Under the pieces are notes generated by a model, which was not told where the DNA came from, made no database searches, and saw only the letters and a list, made by a program, of their open reading frames with translations. DNA of 64,000 bases from NCBI GenBank assembly GCA_017853315.1, contig JAFMJW010000004.1, positions 3,008 through 67,007 on the forward strand, written 5' to 3'. Source of the DNA: Alphaproteobacteria bacterium. Lineage in GTDB: Bacteria > Desulfobacterota > Binatia > UBA12015. Shown piece by piece: positions 39,524-49,630 of the stretch. Each line of letters begins with the position of its first letter. The stretch's first letter is position 1. Both the position numbers and the translations under genes were made by a program.

Positions 39524-40588
39524 TCAGCGCGGCTGCTGCTGCGAGAGGCAGTGGAAGGCCCCGAGTCCCCACACCAGGTCGGTCGCCCGGATCCCGGTCA
39601 CCTTGCGGCCGGGGAAGGCCTCGGACAGCACGCCGAGCGCGCGCGCGTCGGCCGGGTCGTCGAACGTCGGCACGAGCACGGCGGCATTGCCGACGTAGTA
39701 GTTCGCGTAACTCGCGGGCATCCGCTGGTCCTGCTCGAGCTGCGCTCGCGGCATCGGCAGCTCGATCACCTCGAGCCGACGCCCCCGCGCGTCGGTCATG
39801 CCGCGCAGGCGCTCCAGGTTCTCGCGCAGCGGGCGGTGGTTCTCGTCGGCGGGATCGTCCTCGACCACGGTGACGACGCGACCGGGCGCCACGAAACGCG
39901 TCAGGTCGTCGACGTGGCCGTCGGTGTCGTCGCCGACGATGCCGTCGCCGAGCCAGAGGATCTTGTCCGCACAGAGGAAGTCGCGCAGGCGCCGCTCGAT
40001 GGCGGCGCGGTCGAGCGACGGGTTGCGGTTCGGGTTCAGCAGGCAGGACTCGGTGGTGAGGATCGTCCCCTCGCCGTCGCCCTCGATCGAGCCTCCCTCG
40101 AGGATCATGCCGCCGTCGAAGGCCGGCACGCCGAGGCGGCGGGCGATCTCGCGGGAGACGAGACGGTCCTGGTCCCAGGGCGGGTACTTGCCGCCCCAGG
40201 CGTTGTAGCCCCAGACGGTCGCGGCGATCTCGGTGCCCTGCCCGTCCGCACGCTCGCGCTGGACGAAGATCGGGCCGTGGTCCCGGATCCAGGCGTCGTC
40301 GGTCGGCAGCACGTGGATCCGCACAGGCGCCGGGTCCACGCCGCCTCCGCGCAGGAGCGCGCGCACCCCGGCGCCGTGCTCCTCGGAGAGCACGAGGATC
40401 TCGACGTGCTCCCCCGCCGAGAGCGCACGCACCATCTCGACGAAGATCCCCGGGACGGGCTCGAACTTGCCCGGCCACGAGTCGCGCTTGTGCGGCCAGG
40501 CGAGCCAGGTCGCGTCGTGGCGCTCCCACTCCGCCGGCCAGCGGTAGCCGAGTTCGCGCGGGGTGTGGCCGGACTCAGCGGTCGCCAT
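39524..40588 (-). CDS. aguA: agmatine deiminase
   Basis: PAD_porph-family blocks WIRDHGPIF and a C-terminal GAFHCLSQQ catalytic Cys. Confidence 0.9.
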   Translation of the reverse strand: MATAESGHTPRELGYRWPAEWERHDATWLAWPHKRDSWPGKFEPVPGIFVEMVRALSAGEHVEILVLSEEHGAGVRALLRGGGVDPAPVRIHVLPTDDAWIRDHGPIFVQRERADGQGTEIAATVWGYNAWGGKYPPWDQDRLVSREIARRLGVPAFDGGMILEGGSIEGDGEGTILTTESCLLNPNRNPSLDRAAIERRLRDFLCADKILWLGDGIVGDDTDGHVDDLTRFVAPGRVVTVVEDDPADENHRPLRENLERLRGMTDARGRRLEVIELPMPRAQLEQDQRMPASYANYYVGNAAVLVPTFDDPADARALGVLSEAFPGRKVTGIRATDLVWGLGAFHCLSQQQPR

Positions 40589-41462
40589 CGTCGATCATCC
40601 GGCGCACGATGCCCTGGTAGGCGTCGATCCTTCGGTCGCGCAGGAAGGGCCAGTGACGGCGCACCTCCTCGACCTTCGCGAGGTCGCAGTCGGCGAGCAG
40701 GACGCGCTCCTCCTCGTGGCCCGCCTTCGCGACCAGTCCTCCCATCGGGTCGGCGACGAAGGAGCCTCCCCAGAACTGGACGGTTCCCTCGCGCCCGACG
40801 CGGTTCGGCGTCGCGACCCAGACGCCGTTGGCGACCGCGTGTCCTCGCTGCACGGTCTGCCACGCGTCGTGCTGGCCCGCGCCGTACTCCGCCTTCTCCG
40901 CCTCGTGCCAGCCGATCGCCGTCGGGTAGAACAGGATCTCCGCGCCCGAGAGCGCGGTGAGCCGCGCCGCCTCGGGGTACCACTGGTCCCAGCAGACGCA
41001 GACGCCGATCCGCCCGAAGCGCGTCGCGAACGAGCGGAAGCCCAGGTCGCCCGGGGTGAAGAAGAACTTCTCGTAGTAGAGCGGGTCGTCCGGGATGTGC
41101 ATCTTGCGGTAGATGCCGAGCATCTTGCCGTCGGCGTCGATCACGCAGGCCGTGTTGTGGTAGACGCCCGCCGCGCGGCGTTCGAACAGCGATCCGACGA
41201 TCACCACGCCGTGGCGGGCCGCCGCGGCCGACAGCGCCTCGGTGCTCGGCCCGGGAATCGGCTCGGCGAGGTCGAAGAAAGCGTGGTCCTCGGCCTGGCA
41301 GAAGTAGCGCGAGCGGAACAGCTCGGGCAGGCAGACGATCCGCGCGCCGGCCGCCGCGGCTTCGGCGACCGCGTCGAGCGCCCGGTCCATGTTCGCTCGC
41401 AGGTCCTCGTCGCAGTGCATCTGGACGAGCCCGACCCTCACCTTCCGCTCGCTTCGCTCCAT
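40575..41462 (-). CDS. aguB: N-carbamoylputrescine amidase (CN-hydrolase family)
   Basis: Nitrilase-superfamily E-K-C triad context (VCLPE, CWDQWYPE). Directly upstream of aguA with a 14-nt overlap. Confidence 0.85.
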   Translation of the reverse strand: MERSERKVRVGLVQMHCDEDLRANMDRALDAVAEAAAAGARIVCLPELFRSRYFCQAEDHAFFDLAEPIPGPSTEALSAAAARHGVVIVGSLFERRAAGVYHNTACVIDADGKMLGIYRKMHIPDDPLYYEKFFFTPGDLGFRSFATRFGRIGVCVCWDQWYPEAARLTALSGAEILFYPTAIGWHEAEKAEYGAGQHDAWQTVQRGHAVANGVWVATPNRVGREGTVQFWGGSFVADPMGGLVAKAGHEEERVLLADCDLAKVEEVRRHWPFLRDRRIDAYQGIVRRMIDDGDR

Positions 41463-41524
41463 GGTGCGGCCGTCTATAACGCCGGCCCGCGCGGCGCGAC
41501 AGGGGCGTTTCCCACGGGCGCGCC

Positions 41525-42319
41525 TCAGCGCCGGGGGCGGACCCGGTGGTCGAGCGGGCGCGCACCGCGCCCGACGGCCTGCGCTCCCCGGATCGCCCGC
41601 GTCACCCACTCCTTCGCGTCCGCGACCGCGTCGGCGAGCGGGCGGCCCGCGGCGAGCCCGGCGGCGATCGCGGCGGACAGGCTGCAGCCGCCGCCGTGCA
41701 GCGGACCGACGTCGAGGCGCTCGGAGCGGAGCTCGTGGAAGCCGCCTTCGTCCAGCAGGAGGTCGACCGCGTCGCCGCTCGCATGGCCGCCCTTCACCAG
41801 CACCGCGCCGGCGCCGAGGTCGCGGATGGCCCGCGCCGCGCGCCGCATCCCGGCTGCATCCTCGACCGGGTGGCCCGCGAGCACGGCAGCCTCCGGAAGG
41901 TTCGGCGTCACCAGCACGGCGAGCGGCAGCAGGCGCTCTCGCAGCGCCGCCACCGCGTCGGGGTCGAGCAGCGGGTCGCCGCTCGTCGCGACCATGACCG
42001 GGTCGACGACCAGCGGGACGCGGGTCGCGCGAGCGGCGAACGCCTCCGCCACCGCGGACACGATCCCCGCCGTCCCGAGCATCCCCGTCTTCGCCGCGCC
42101 GACGTCGAGGTCGTCGAGCACCGCGTCGATCTGCGCGCGCACGAAGTCCGGCTCGAGGCGGGCGACGCCGCGGACGCCGGTCGTGTCCTGCGCCGTCGCG
42201 CAGGTGACGACCGCGGCTCCGTACACGTCGAAGGCGGCGAAGGTCTTGAGATCGGCCTGCAGCCCGGCCCCGCCCGAGGGGTCGGAGCCGGCGACCGTGA
42301 GCGCGATCGGCGGCTTCAC
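41525..42319 (-). CDS. thiD: hydroxymethylpyrimidine/phosphomethylpyrimidine kinase
   Basis: SDPSGGAGLQAD and VKGGH ribokinase-like signatures. Confidence 0.85.
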   Translation of the reverse strand: MKPPIALTVAGSDPSGGAGLQADLKTFAAFDVYGAAVVTCATAQDTTGVRGVARLEPDFVRAQIDAVLDDLDVGAAKTGMLGTAGIVSAVAEAFAARATRVPLVVDPVMVATSGDPLLDPDAVAALRERLLPLAVLVTPNLPEAAVLAGHPVEDAAGMRRAARAIRDLGAGAVLVKGGHASGDAVDLLLDEGGFHELRSERLDVGPLHGGGCSLSAAIAAGLAAGRPLADAVADAKEWVTRAIRGAQAVGRGARPLDHRVRPRR

Positions 42320-42401
42320 GCCGTGGCCCCTTCCCGTCGGCCCGGGAGGCCCGCGCGCGCGGGATGAGCGCGCGGCGCGCCGCCCCGCTCCGGGCGAGTC
42401 A

Positions 42402-43313
42402 TCAGCCCTCGATCAGCGTGCGCAGGTTCTGGCCGGCGCCGAAGGCGCCGAGCGTCTGCCCGTAGAAGCCGATCAGCGGCAGCGTCGCGTTGTCGCCGTC
42501 GGGGTCGTAGGGCGAATAGGCCGGGCCCTCGTCCGCGTAGGCGACGATCGTCGCCGAGCCGTTCAACACCGAGCCGGGGAAGAGCCCGGCGATCGAGGAG
42601 AAGATCGCCGTTCCGTTCGCGTCGAGGGTCCGCTGCGCGAGCAGCCCGTCGCCGGTGTTGCCGTGAAGCTCGACGGTCACCTTCATGAGCACCCCGCCGG
42701 GAGGCGGATTCCCGTTCGTGAGCGAGGTCACGCTGTTCCCCGACGACGCGTTCAGGCCGATCAGGATGAGCTCGGAGTCCTGCAGGGTCGCCGGGTTGAA
42801 CGTCGTCCCGACCAGCGTCGGCCCCGGTGCCAGGCCGCCGATCACGCCGAAGCCCGCCGCGGAACCGCCGAAGGCCGCATTGGTCTGGGTGTTGGCGATC
42901 GTCCAGGAGCCCGCGAGCCACGGCTGGTCGCTGCCCGACACCACGACGAAGCCGCGCTTGCCGGCGAAGCTCTGCGGGTTGCCGGTCTCGACGAGCTGGT
43001 TGTTCTCGTAGACCCGGTTCCGGACGTTGGTCACGTCGACGATGTCGGTGCCGCCCGCGCTCAGGATGGCGCGGGACACCTGGGCCAGCAGCTTGCCGTT
43101 CTCGTCGTAGAAGAACCACTGGGCCGAGATGTCGTTGTCGCCGACGTAGCTGAGCGCGAGGTAGGTCACGCGCGGCCCGGCAGCGTCGAACGGCATCAGC
43201 ACGTTCGCGTCGGGAAAGTCGGTGTTGGGGCCGACGACGGTCTGGGCGCGGGCCGCCCCGGGCGCGAGGGAGAGGACAGCGGCGAGCAGGGCCGCGACGA
43301 GAGATCGACGCAT
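42402..43313 (-). CDS. secreted hypothetical protein, Gly/Asn/Thr-rich
   Basis: Signal peptide MRRSLVAALLAAVLSLAPGAARA. Composition is unusually N/T/Q/G-rich for this genome. No known motif. Confidence 0.5.
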   Translation of the reverse strand: MRRSLVAALLAAVLSLAPGAARAQTVVGPNTDFPDANVLMPFDAAGPRVTYLALSYVGDNDISAQWFFYDENGKLLAQVSRAILSAGGTDIVDVTNVRNRVYENNQLVETGNPQSFAGKRGFVVVSGSDQPWLAGSWTIANTQTNAAFGGSAAGFGVIGGLAPGPTLVGTTFNPATLQDSELILIGLNASSGNSVTSLTNGNPPPGGVLMKVTVELHGNTGDGLLAQRTLDANGTAIFSSIAGLFPGSVLNGSATIVAYADEGPAYSPYDPDGDNATLPLIGFYGQTLGAFGAGQNLRTLIEG

Positions 43314-43494
43314 CGTTCCGACTCCGGCCTGGCCGCCCGGCACACCGGGCGGGAAGGGGTTCGACGATCCCCTTAACACGGTTCCGCGCCGGGGGTCGCG
43401 CGCCGCCGGCAGCCGTCCGTCCGCCGCCGGGGGATGCCCGGGGCGGGGAGGCTCCGTCGCCTCCGCCGCCCGCGGACCTCCACCGTGGCGCCGG

Positions 43495-44268
43495 TCAGTT
43501 CGTGCAGGTGCAGGTCGCCCCGCCGGCGTTGGTGATCACGGTCTTGCAGAACTGCCCCTGCGGACAGTCGCCGGAACACTGGTTTGCACCGGCGACGAGG
43601 CCGCAGGCCGACGAACGCGGGAAGCATCCGCACTCGGCCGTCCCGTCGGCCTTGATCCGCACCTCGCAGACCTCGCCAGCCCCGACCGGACACTCGCCAC
43701 CGCAGACGTTTGCCGCGTCGCGGCCGCAGGTTCGGGGCGGCGGGCTGCAGCCGCACTGGCCGTTCGAGAAGGTGCAGGCCTCACCCGCCGGACAGCTGCC
43801 GCCGCAGATGCCGCCGGCGAGCTGACCGACCGCACCGCACGGCGGGTCCTCCTTGGTCGCGGGCACGAGGACGATCTGGGGCGACGGCAGCATCTGCACC
43901 AGGCGGGCGCCGCCGAGCTGGTCCGTGACGAGCTTCTTCGGCACCGTCGTGCGCGGACAGCGCATCTTGTACATCACGTAGTCGAAGTCGATCGTCGGGC
44001 CGTCGAGCTCGGTCTTCGGCTTGTCCGGCTGCCGAAGCGCCTTCGTCGCCGGAACGCAGAACGCGATCGAGGGTCCGATCACGGTGCAGCCCTTCGCCGC
44101 GAATTCCGGCTGCTTGATGGCGACCAGGTCGAGCGCGTACGAAATTTTCGCCGAATCCTTGGTCTTGTAGCAGGTGAGATGATCCTGGATGCCGGCCGCA
44201 CCCGCACCTTGCGCGTGGAGCAACCCGATCACCGCCGCCGTCGCGAGTCTTCCGAACCGCTTCATCAC
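43495..44268 (-). CDS. secreted cysteine-rich repeat protein (Myxococcus-type Cys-rich repeats)
   Basis: Signal peptide, then three C-terminal repeats of the form C-x6-8-CGGxCPxGxxC...CGC. Confidence 0.55.
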   Translation of the reverse strand: MMKRFGRLATAAVIGLLHAQGAGAAGIQDHLTCYKTKDSAKISYALDLVAIKQPEFAAKGCTVIGPSIAFCVPATKALRQPDKPKTELDGPTIDFDYVMYKMRCPRTTVPKKLVTDQLGGARLVQMLPSPQIVLVPATKEDPPCGAVGQLAGGICGGSCPAGEACTFSNGQCGCSPPPRTCGRDAANVCGGECPVGAGEVCEVRIKADGTAECGCFPRSSACGLVAGANQCSGDCPQGQFCKTVITNAGGATCTCTN

Positions 44269-44476
44269 GAACCTCCGTCGCCCGTTCGGGGTGTCCTCCC
44301 TCCTGGCACGCCGGATCGGCCCCGATCTCGACCCGACCGCGCCGTGCTACGACGACGAGAGCTTCGGGGGCAACCCCCCGTCCGGGAACGACCGCTCGGG
44401 CTCCCGGGAATCCCTGCGCGCCGCCCGAGTGCGGCCGTTGCGGCTCCTCGGCCGGGGGCGTACCCTCCGGGCGGAC

Positions 44477-44923
44477 ATGCGCTCACCATCTCCCAGGCGG
44501 GTCCGACCCCGGCATCGAGCCGCGGCCCTCGCTCTCGCGATCGCCGCGCTCGCCCTCCTTCCCGCCTCGGCTCGGGCGGGCGGTCGTCCCCACCGCTACG
44601 GCGGAGACGAGGGCAACGGCCGGGTCTTCGACGCCGAGCGGATGCGCCCCGGACGAACCTCGGCACCGTCGGGCCGCTACATGCGGCGACCGGACGTGCC
44701 CGAGCCCGACGCGATGCGCCCGCTGCGATCGACTGCCGCGATCCCGGACCCGACTCCCCGGCTGAAGGGGGGCAGTCGCTATTCGCGCCAGGGGGATTAC
44801 TTCTTCGCGACCGCGTCCGATCCGCAGCTCACGAGGAAGACGTCGAAGCAGCAGTACCGCAACCTGATCCCGAGCCCGGAAGTCGTCGAGAGCGGACGCA
44901 AGCGGTCGGCCGCGACCCGCTGA
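44477..44923 (+). CDS. small secreted hypothetical protein
   Basis: MRSPSPRRVRPRHRAAALALAIAALALLPASARA signal-like N-terminus. Weak overall. Confidence 0.3.
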   Translation: MRSPSPRRVRPRHRAAALALAIAALALLPASARAGGRPHRYGGDEGNGRVFDAERMRPGRTSAPSGRYMRRPDVPEPDAMRPLRSTAAIPDPTPRLKGGSRYSRQGDYFFATASDPQLTRKTSKQQYRNLIPSPEVVESGRKRSAATR

Positions 44924-44991
44924 TCCTCCCGGCGCCGGTCTCGCACCGCGTTCGTTGCCGCACCGGTCCGGCTCGGGTATCCGGAGGGGGC

Positions 44992-45765
44992 GTGGCGGGG
45001 CTCGAGAAGAAGCGCGCGCTCGTCCTGGGCGTCGCGAACGAGCGCAGCATCGCGTGGGCGATCGCGCGCGCCCTCTCGGCGGCCGGAGCGCGACTCGCGC
45101 TCACCTTCGTGGGCGACTCGATCGAGCGACGCGTGCGGCCGCTCGCCGCGGAGATCGGCGCCGAGCTCGTGCTGCCCTGCGACGTGACCGACGACGCCCA
45201 GGTCGCGGCACTCTTCGGCGAGATCGAGCGCGCCTGGGGCGGACTCGACGTGCTCGTCCACGCGGTCGCGTACGCGCAGCGCGAAGACCTGGCGGGGCGC
45301 TTCGTCGAGACCTCGCGCTCGGGCTTCCACACCGCGCTCGACGTGAGCGCCTACTCGCTGGTCGCGCTCTCGCGCGGCGCCCTGCCGCTGCTCCGCGCGG
45401 CGGGCGGCGGCAGCATCGTCACGCTCACCTTCGACGGCAGCAACCGCGTCTACCCGAACTACAACGTGATGGGCGTGGCGAAGGCCGCGCTCGAGTCGGC
45501 GGTGCGCTACCTCGCCGCCGACCTGGGCCCCGAGGGGGTCCGGGTGAACGCCGTCAGCGCCGGGCCGATCAAGACCCTCTCGGCGGCCGGCATCCGCGAC
45601 TTCCGGCAGATGCTGCACGTCGTCGAGGAGCGCGCGCCGCTGCGCCGCAACGTGACGGCCGAGGAAGTCGCCTCGCTCGTCGCCATGCTCGCGGCCGACG
45701 AGGGCCGCGCCATCACCGGGCAGGTCCTGCACGTGGACGCCGGCCTGAGCATCGTGGCCCTGTGA
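44992..45765 (+). CDS. fabI: enoyl-[acyl-carrier-protein] reductase (NADH)
   Basis: LVLGVANERSIAWAIA, and the Y...K context (VYPNYNVMGVAKAALE). GGAGG ribosome-binding site before the GTG at 44992. Confidence 0.9.
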   Translation: MAGLEKKRALVLGVANERSIAWAIARALSAAGARLALTFVGDSIERRVRPLAAEIGAELVLPCDVTDDAQVAALFGEIERAWGGLDVLVHAVAYAQREDLAGRFVETSRSGFHTALDVSAYSLVALSRGALPLLRAAGGGSIVTLTFDGSNRVYPNYNVMGVAKAALESAVRYLAADLGPEGVRVNAVSAGPIKTLSAAGIRDFRQMLHVVEERAPLRRNVTAEEVASLVAMLAADEGRAITGQVLHVDAGLSIVAL

Positions 45766-45858
45766 GCGTCGCCGCCTGGATCGTGCTCGTGGTGGCGGCG
45801 GCGATCGGCCTCGCGATCGTCCGCGCGCTCGCCGACCTCTGAGGCGCGCGCCGCGGCG

Positions 45859-47847
45859 TCAGGGCGCGCCGGCGGCGGTCGAGGCTCCCGGCACGGGCGG
45901 GGACGACACCGCGTCGGCCGCGGTGCCCATCTGGCGCGCGAGCGAGGCGAGCGCGGCCGCCGCACGGCGGTCGGCCTCGGCTCGCACCGCGGCGCCGTCG
46001 GCGGGAGACGCCGCGAGCGGCGGCAGGGTCGGGGGCGCGTCGCCGAGATCCGCGACCTCCTCGCCGAGGATGCGCGAGAGGCCGGCCAGCGCCATGTTGT
46101 GGTCGCGGACCGTCTCGTAATACTCCGTCGACACGCGCGAGTAGGTTGCCAGTGCCTCGATGATCTCGCGCGGCTCGCCGACCCCGACGTCGAAGTTCGT
46201 CACCGCGAGCGTCAGGATGGCGCGCGCCGAGCGGCGCCCGGCCTCGGCCTTCTCGACGGCGGTGCCGGTGTCGACGACCCTGTCGTAGGCGGTCTTCAAC
46301 TCGAGCGGCAGCCCGGACGCGGCCTGGCGGCGCCGCGCCTCGAGCAGGCCGAGCTCGGCCCGGGCCGTGTTCGCGCGCGCGGCGGTCACGTGGAAGTTGA
46401 GCGGCCAGCGGACGCCGAACACGCCGCCGGGCCCCTCGAGGATGTTGAAGGTGTCGTAGGCGAAGGGATTCAGCTGGCGGTCGCGGCGCGGAGCATAGCC
46501 GTAGCGGAAGTTGCCGGTCACGAAGAACATCGGGAAGTAGTCGGCCTCGACGGTTCGGATCTCCTGCGCCTTCGCCGCCATGCCGGCGTCGAGCTGGCGC
46601 CAGGCGGGATTGTTCAGGAAGAGCCGCTCGGCATAGGCCTCGAGCGGCTCGAGCTCCGCCTTCTCCGGGCGGAGCCGGCGCTCCTTCACGTCGACCCGCG
46701 ACCCCTCCGGCTCGGCGATCGCGCGCCGCAGCGCGAGCAGCGCGTTCTCCGAGCCGCGGCGGATCCGCGGCAGCTCCTTCGCCGACTGCGCCTGGCCGAC
46801 GCGCAGGTAGAGGATGCCGAGCTCGGTCACGTCGGGGTCGCCCGCGGCCCGCCGGCGCTGCGCGGTCTCGAGCGCGGAGGTGAAGGCGTCGTTCACCTCC
46901 TCGACGATGCCCTGCACCGAGCGGGCCAGCAGGACGTTGTAGTAGAGGCTCTTCACCTGCTCGGAGACCTCGGCCGCCACTCCCCGGCTCGCCGCGAGCT
47001 GCGCCTCGACCGCGTGGGTCGCCGCCTCGATCCCGGCCGTGATCTTTCCCCAGGTGAAGATCGGCTGGACCATGTTGACCTCGACCTTGGTGAAGACGCC
47101 GTAGGCGTGGGTGTTCACCGTGTCGAGGGGATCGAGCACCGTGCCCTCGGCCCGCCTCGCGAGCCCGAAGAGGTCGACCGCCTCCGCCTCCGGCAGGAAT
47201 CGCTTCGCCTCGACCTCGGCGAGCCTCGCCTGGCTCACCGCGACCTGGCCACGGGCGACCTCGACCTCGGGCGCCCGGTCGACCGCGCGCCGCACGCACT
47301 CGCCGAGACCGATGCGCTCGGGCGCCTCGCCCTTCCTCCCCCGTCGAGGACCTTCGTCCCGGTCGCGGTCCGCGGCGATCACCTCGCCGACGTCGCCGGG
47401 GGCCGGCCTCTCCGGGGCGGGCTCCTTCGTCCGTGCGCCCGACGGAGCCTCGCGCGTCGGCCGCGCCGGGTAGGGCGTGTAGCCGGGAGGAACACCACCC
47501 CGCCGGGCGGACGGTGGCGAGTCGGCCCGAACGCTCCCGGCGGATTCGCGCATCACCTCCGCCGTGGGCGCCGGGCCGGTCGCGGTCGCCGCCGCGGGGA
47601 CGGGAGCGGGGACGGCTTCGGGCGCCGGCCGGATCGCGGCGGCATCCCCGGCGACGCCGGGCGAAGCGACCGGCGCGGGACCGGCGCGTCGGGCGCGCGC
47701 GTGCCCTGGCGTCGGCTGCGCGAGCAGCGCGGCCGCCGTGGCCGCGAGCGCCGCGAGCGCGAGCCCGGAGGGCCGGCGGTTCGCCCGGTGCGGAGCCTCC
47801 CGGCCGGTCTCCCGTCCTCTCCGTCGTGGATCGCGACGAGCCCGCAT
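45859..47847 (-). CDS. TolC-family outer membrane efflux protein
   Basis: Signal peptide, a long Pro/Ala linker, then two OEP repeats. Last gene of an ABC-2 export operon. Confidence 0.75.
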   Translation of the reverse strand: MRARRDPRRRGRETGREAPHRANRRPSGLALAALAATAAALLAQPTPGHARARRAGPAPVASPGVAGDAAAIRPAPEAVPAPVPAAATATGPAPTAEVMRESAGSVRADSPPSARRGGVPPGYTPYPARPTREAPSGARTKEPAPERPAPGDVGEVIAADRDRDEGPRRGRKGEAPERIGLGECVRRAVDRAPEVEVARGQVAVSQARLAEVEAKRFLPEAEAVDLFGLARRAEGTVLDPLDTVNTHAYGVFTKVEVNMVQPIFTWGKITAGIEAATHAVEAQLAASRGVAAEVSEQVKSLYYNVLLARSVQGIVEEVNDAFTSALETAQRRRAAGDPDVTELGILYLRVGQAQSAKELPRIRRGSENALLALRRAIAEPEGSRVDVKERRLRPEKAELEPLEAYAERLFLNNPAWRQLDAGMAAKAQEIRTVEADYFPMFFVTGNFRYGYAPRRDRQLNPFAYDTFNILEGPGGVFGVRWPLNFHVTAARANTARAELGLLEARRRQAASGLPLELKTAYDRVVDTGTAVEKAEAGRRSARAILTLAVTNFDVGVGEPREIIEALATYSRVSTEYYETVRDHNMALAGLSRILGEEVADLGDAPPTLPPLAASPADGAAVRAEADRRAAAALASLARQMGTAADAVSSPPVPGASTAAGAP

Positions 47848-47870
47848 CGTCCGAAGGCGCCCCTCCCCGC

Positions 47871-48968
47871 TCAGCGCGCGCTGTGCCTCGAACGGAACAG
47901 CCGGAGGCCCAGCGCCAGCAAGGCCGTTCCATACAACAAGAGGGCCGAAACCGGAACGGTCATCGCCTCGAGGCCCCGGTCCCGCAGGACCAGGTCGTTC
48001 ATGCCCCGCATCGCCCACGTCGTGTAGGCGACCGGGGAAAGCTCGCGGAGCCATTGCGGCTCGATCGACTTGGGCCACCAGAGCCCGCCCATCGCCGAGA
48101 GGAACATGACGACCGCGAGCGAGAGCGGCTGGGTCTGTTCCCGGGTCCGGGCCATCCCGGCGACGAGCAGCCCGGTCGCGACCGCCGCGTAGACCACCGA
48201 CGCCGACAGCAGGAGGAAGGCGACCCACGAATTGCCCAGCGAGACGCGGAACATCCAGTGCCCCCAGGCGAACAGGGCGACCATCTGGAGGAGGCCGAGC
48301 ACGAAGCGGGCGGCGAGCTTGCCCACGAGGATCCAGGTGAACGAGACCGGCGCCACCAGGAGGTGCGGCAGCGTCCCCCACTGGCGCTCGTCGTGCAGCG
48401 ACATCGACGTCCCGAACACGACCGCGAGCAGCATGAACATGATCGAGAAGCCGGGGACGTTCTGCTCGAAGTTCGTGACCTCCTTGCGGTTCCCGGTCAG
48501 GTTCGACTCGCGCAGCGAGATCCGCTCCTCGTCGAGCGGATCCGCGAGCGCGGCGGCGTCCTTGTCCATGAGCAGCAGGAGCACCTTCACCTGGTTCAGG
48601 TCGACGGCCTGGGCCGGGTCGGTGAGCAGCTCGAGCTCGGTCGTCCTGCCCTGCAGGTAGCGCTTGCTGAGCCCCTCGGGGAAGACGATCGCGGCCGGCG
48701 CCTTGTTCTGGTCGCGCACGAGGTGCTCGGCCTCGGCCCGGCTCATCGGCTGGACGTCGGCGTGCTCGCCGAGGAGCTTCACGAAGGTGTTCGCGACCGG
48801 CCCCTGGTCGTCGTTCACGACCGGCACGAGGAGCTTCGAGCCGCCGTCGCTCGAGAACAGCGCCGTCGCGATGATCGAGATGACGAGGATCGGCACCGCC
48901 AGCGAGAAGAGGAAGGCCCAGCGGTCTCGCAGGATGATCCGCAGGTCCTTCAGGAAAACCGCCAGCAT
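47871..48968 (-). CDS. ABC-2 type transporter permease
   Basis: Six-TM ABC-2 architecture with a large first extracytoplasmic loop. Confidence 0.8.
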   Translation of the reverse strand: MLAVFLKDLRIILRDRWAFLFSLAVPILVISIIATALFSSDGGSKLLVPVVNDDQGPVANTFVKLLGEHADVQPMSRAEAEHLVRDQNKAPAAIVFPEGLSKRYLQGRTTELELLTDPAQAVDLNQVKVLLLLMDKDAAALADPLDEERISLRESNLTGNRKEVTNFEQNVPGFSIMFMLLAVVFGTSMSLHDERQWGTLPHLLVAPVSFTWILVGKLAARFVLGLLQMVALFAWGHWMFRVSLGNSWVAFLLLSASVVYAAVATGLLVAGMARTREQTQPLSLAVVMFLSAMGGLWWPKSIEPQWLRELSPVAYTTWAMRGMNDLVLRDRGLEAMTVPVSALLLYGTALLALGLRLFRSRHSAR

Positions 48969-48974
48969 CGGGCC

Positions 48975-49628
48975 TCAGAGGTCGGTGTTCGGCTTGTTCT
49001 CGAGCTTGTTGCGCAGGCGGTCGAGGAGCTGGTCGAAGGAGTCCTTCGCGAGCGCCTTGTCGAACTGCGACCGGAAGTTCTCCGCGAGGCTCACGCCCTC
49101 GACGAGGATGTCGGTGGCGAGCCAGCCGCCGGGCCCCTTCCTCATCGCGTAGTCGACGCCGAACTCGTCCTTGGGCGTGATGATCTCGGTGTTCACCGCC
49201 GCCGTGTCGCCCTCGATCTTCTCGCCCGTGAAGCCGAAGTCCGGCGCGTCGAAGAGCAGGAGCCGCTGCACGTAGGTCCGCACGAAGAGGTCGCGGAAGA
49301 TCGACATGAACTCCTTCGTCTGCGCGGGCGTGCGGCCGTCGAGGTGCTTGCCCATCGCCTTGCGGGCGAGCGCGTCGGTGTCGAGGAAGCCGCGCAGCAG
49401 CTCCTTCAGCTTCGCGAGCTTCCCGTTGCGGTCCCCCTCCCCGGTGACGATGCGGTTGCTCGCCTCGAGCACCTCGCGGGTGCGCTGCATCGGCCCGCCG
49501 GGCACGCCCTTCACGTCGTCGGCGAGCGCGCTCGTGGCGGCGGCGGCGAGCGCCGTCGCGAGGAGGAGGAGCGCGGCGGCCCGGGCGGGGCGCCGCGGGG
49601 CGGGGAGGCGCGGGGTCGTCGATCTCAC
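48975..49628 (-). CDS. MlaC/Ttg2D-family lipid-binding periplasmic protein
   Basis: Signal peptide and the Tol_Tol_Ttg2-like pattern (FDTDALARKAMGKHL...FRDLFVRTY). Confidence 0.65.
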   Translation of the reverse strand: MRSTTPRLPAPRRPARAAALLLLATALAAAATSALADDVKGVPGGPMQRTREVLEASNRIVTGEGDRNGKLAKLKELLRGFLDTDALARKAMGKHLDGRTPAQTKEFMSIFRDLFVRTYVQRLLLFDAPDFGFTGEKIEGDTAAVNTEIITPKDEFGVDYAMRKGPGGWLATDILVEGVSLAENFRSQFDKALAKDSFDQLLDRLRNKLENKPNTDL

Positions 49629-49630
49629 GT

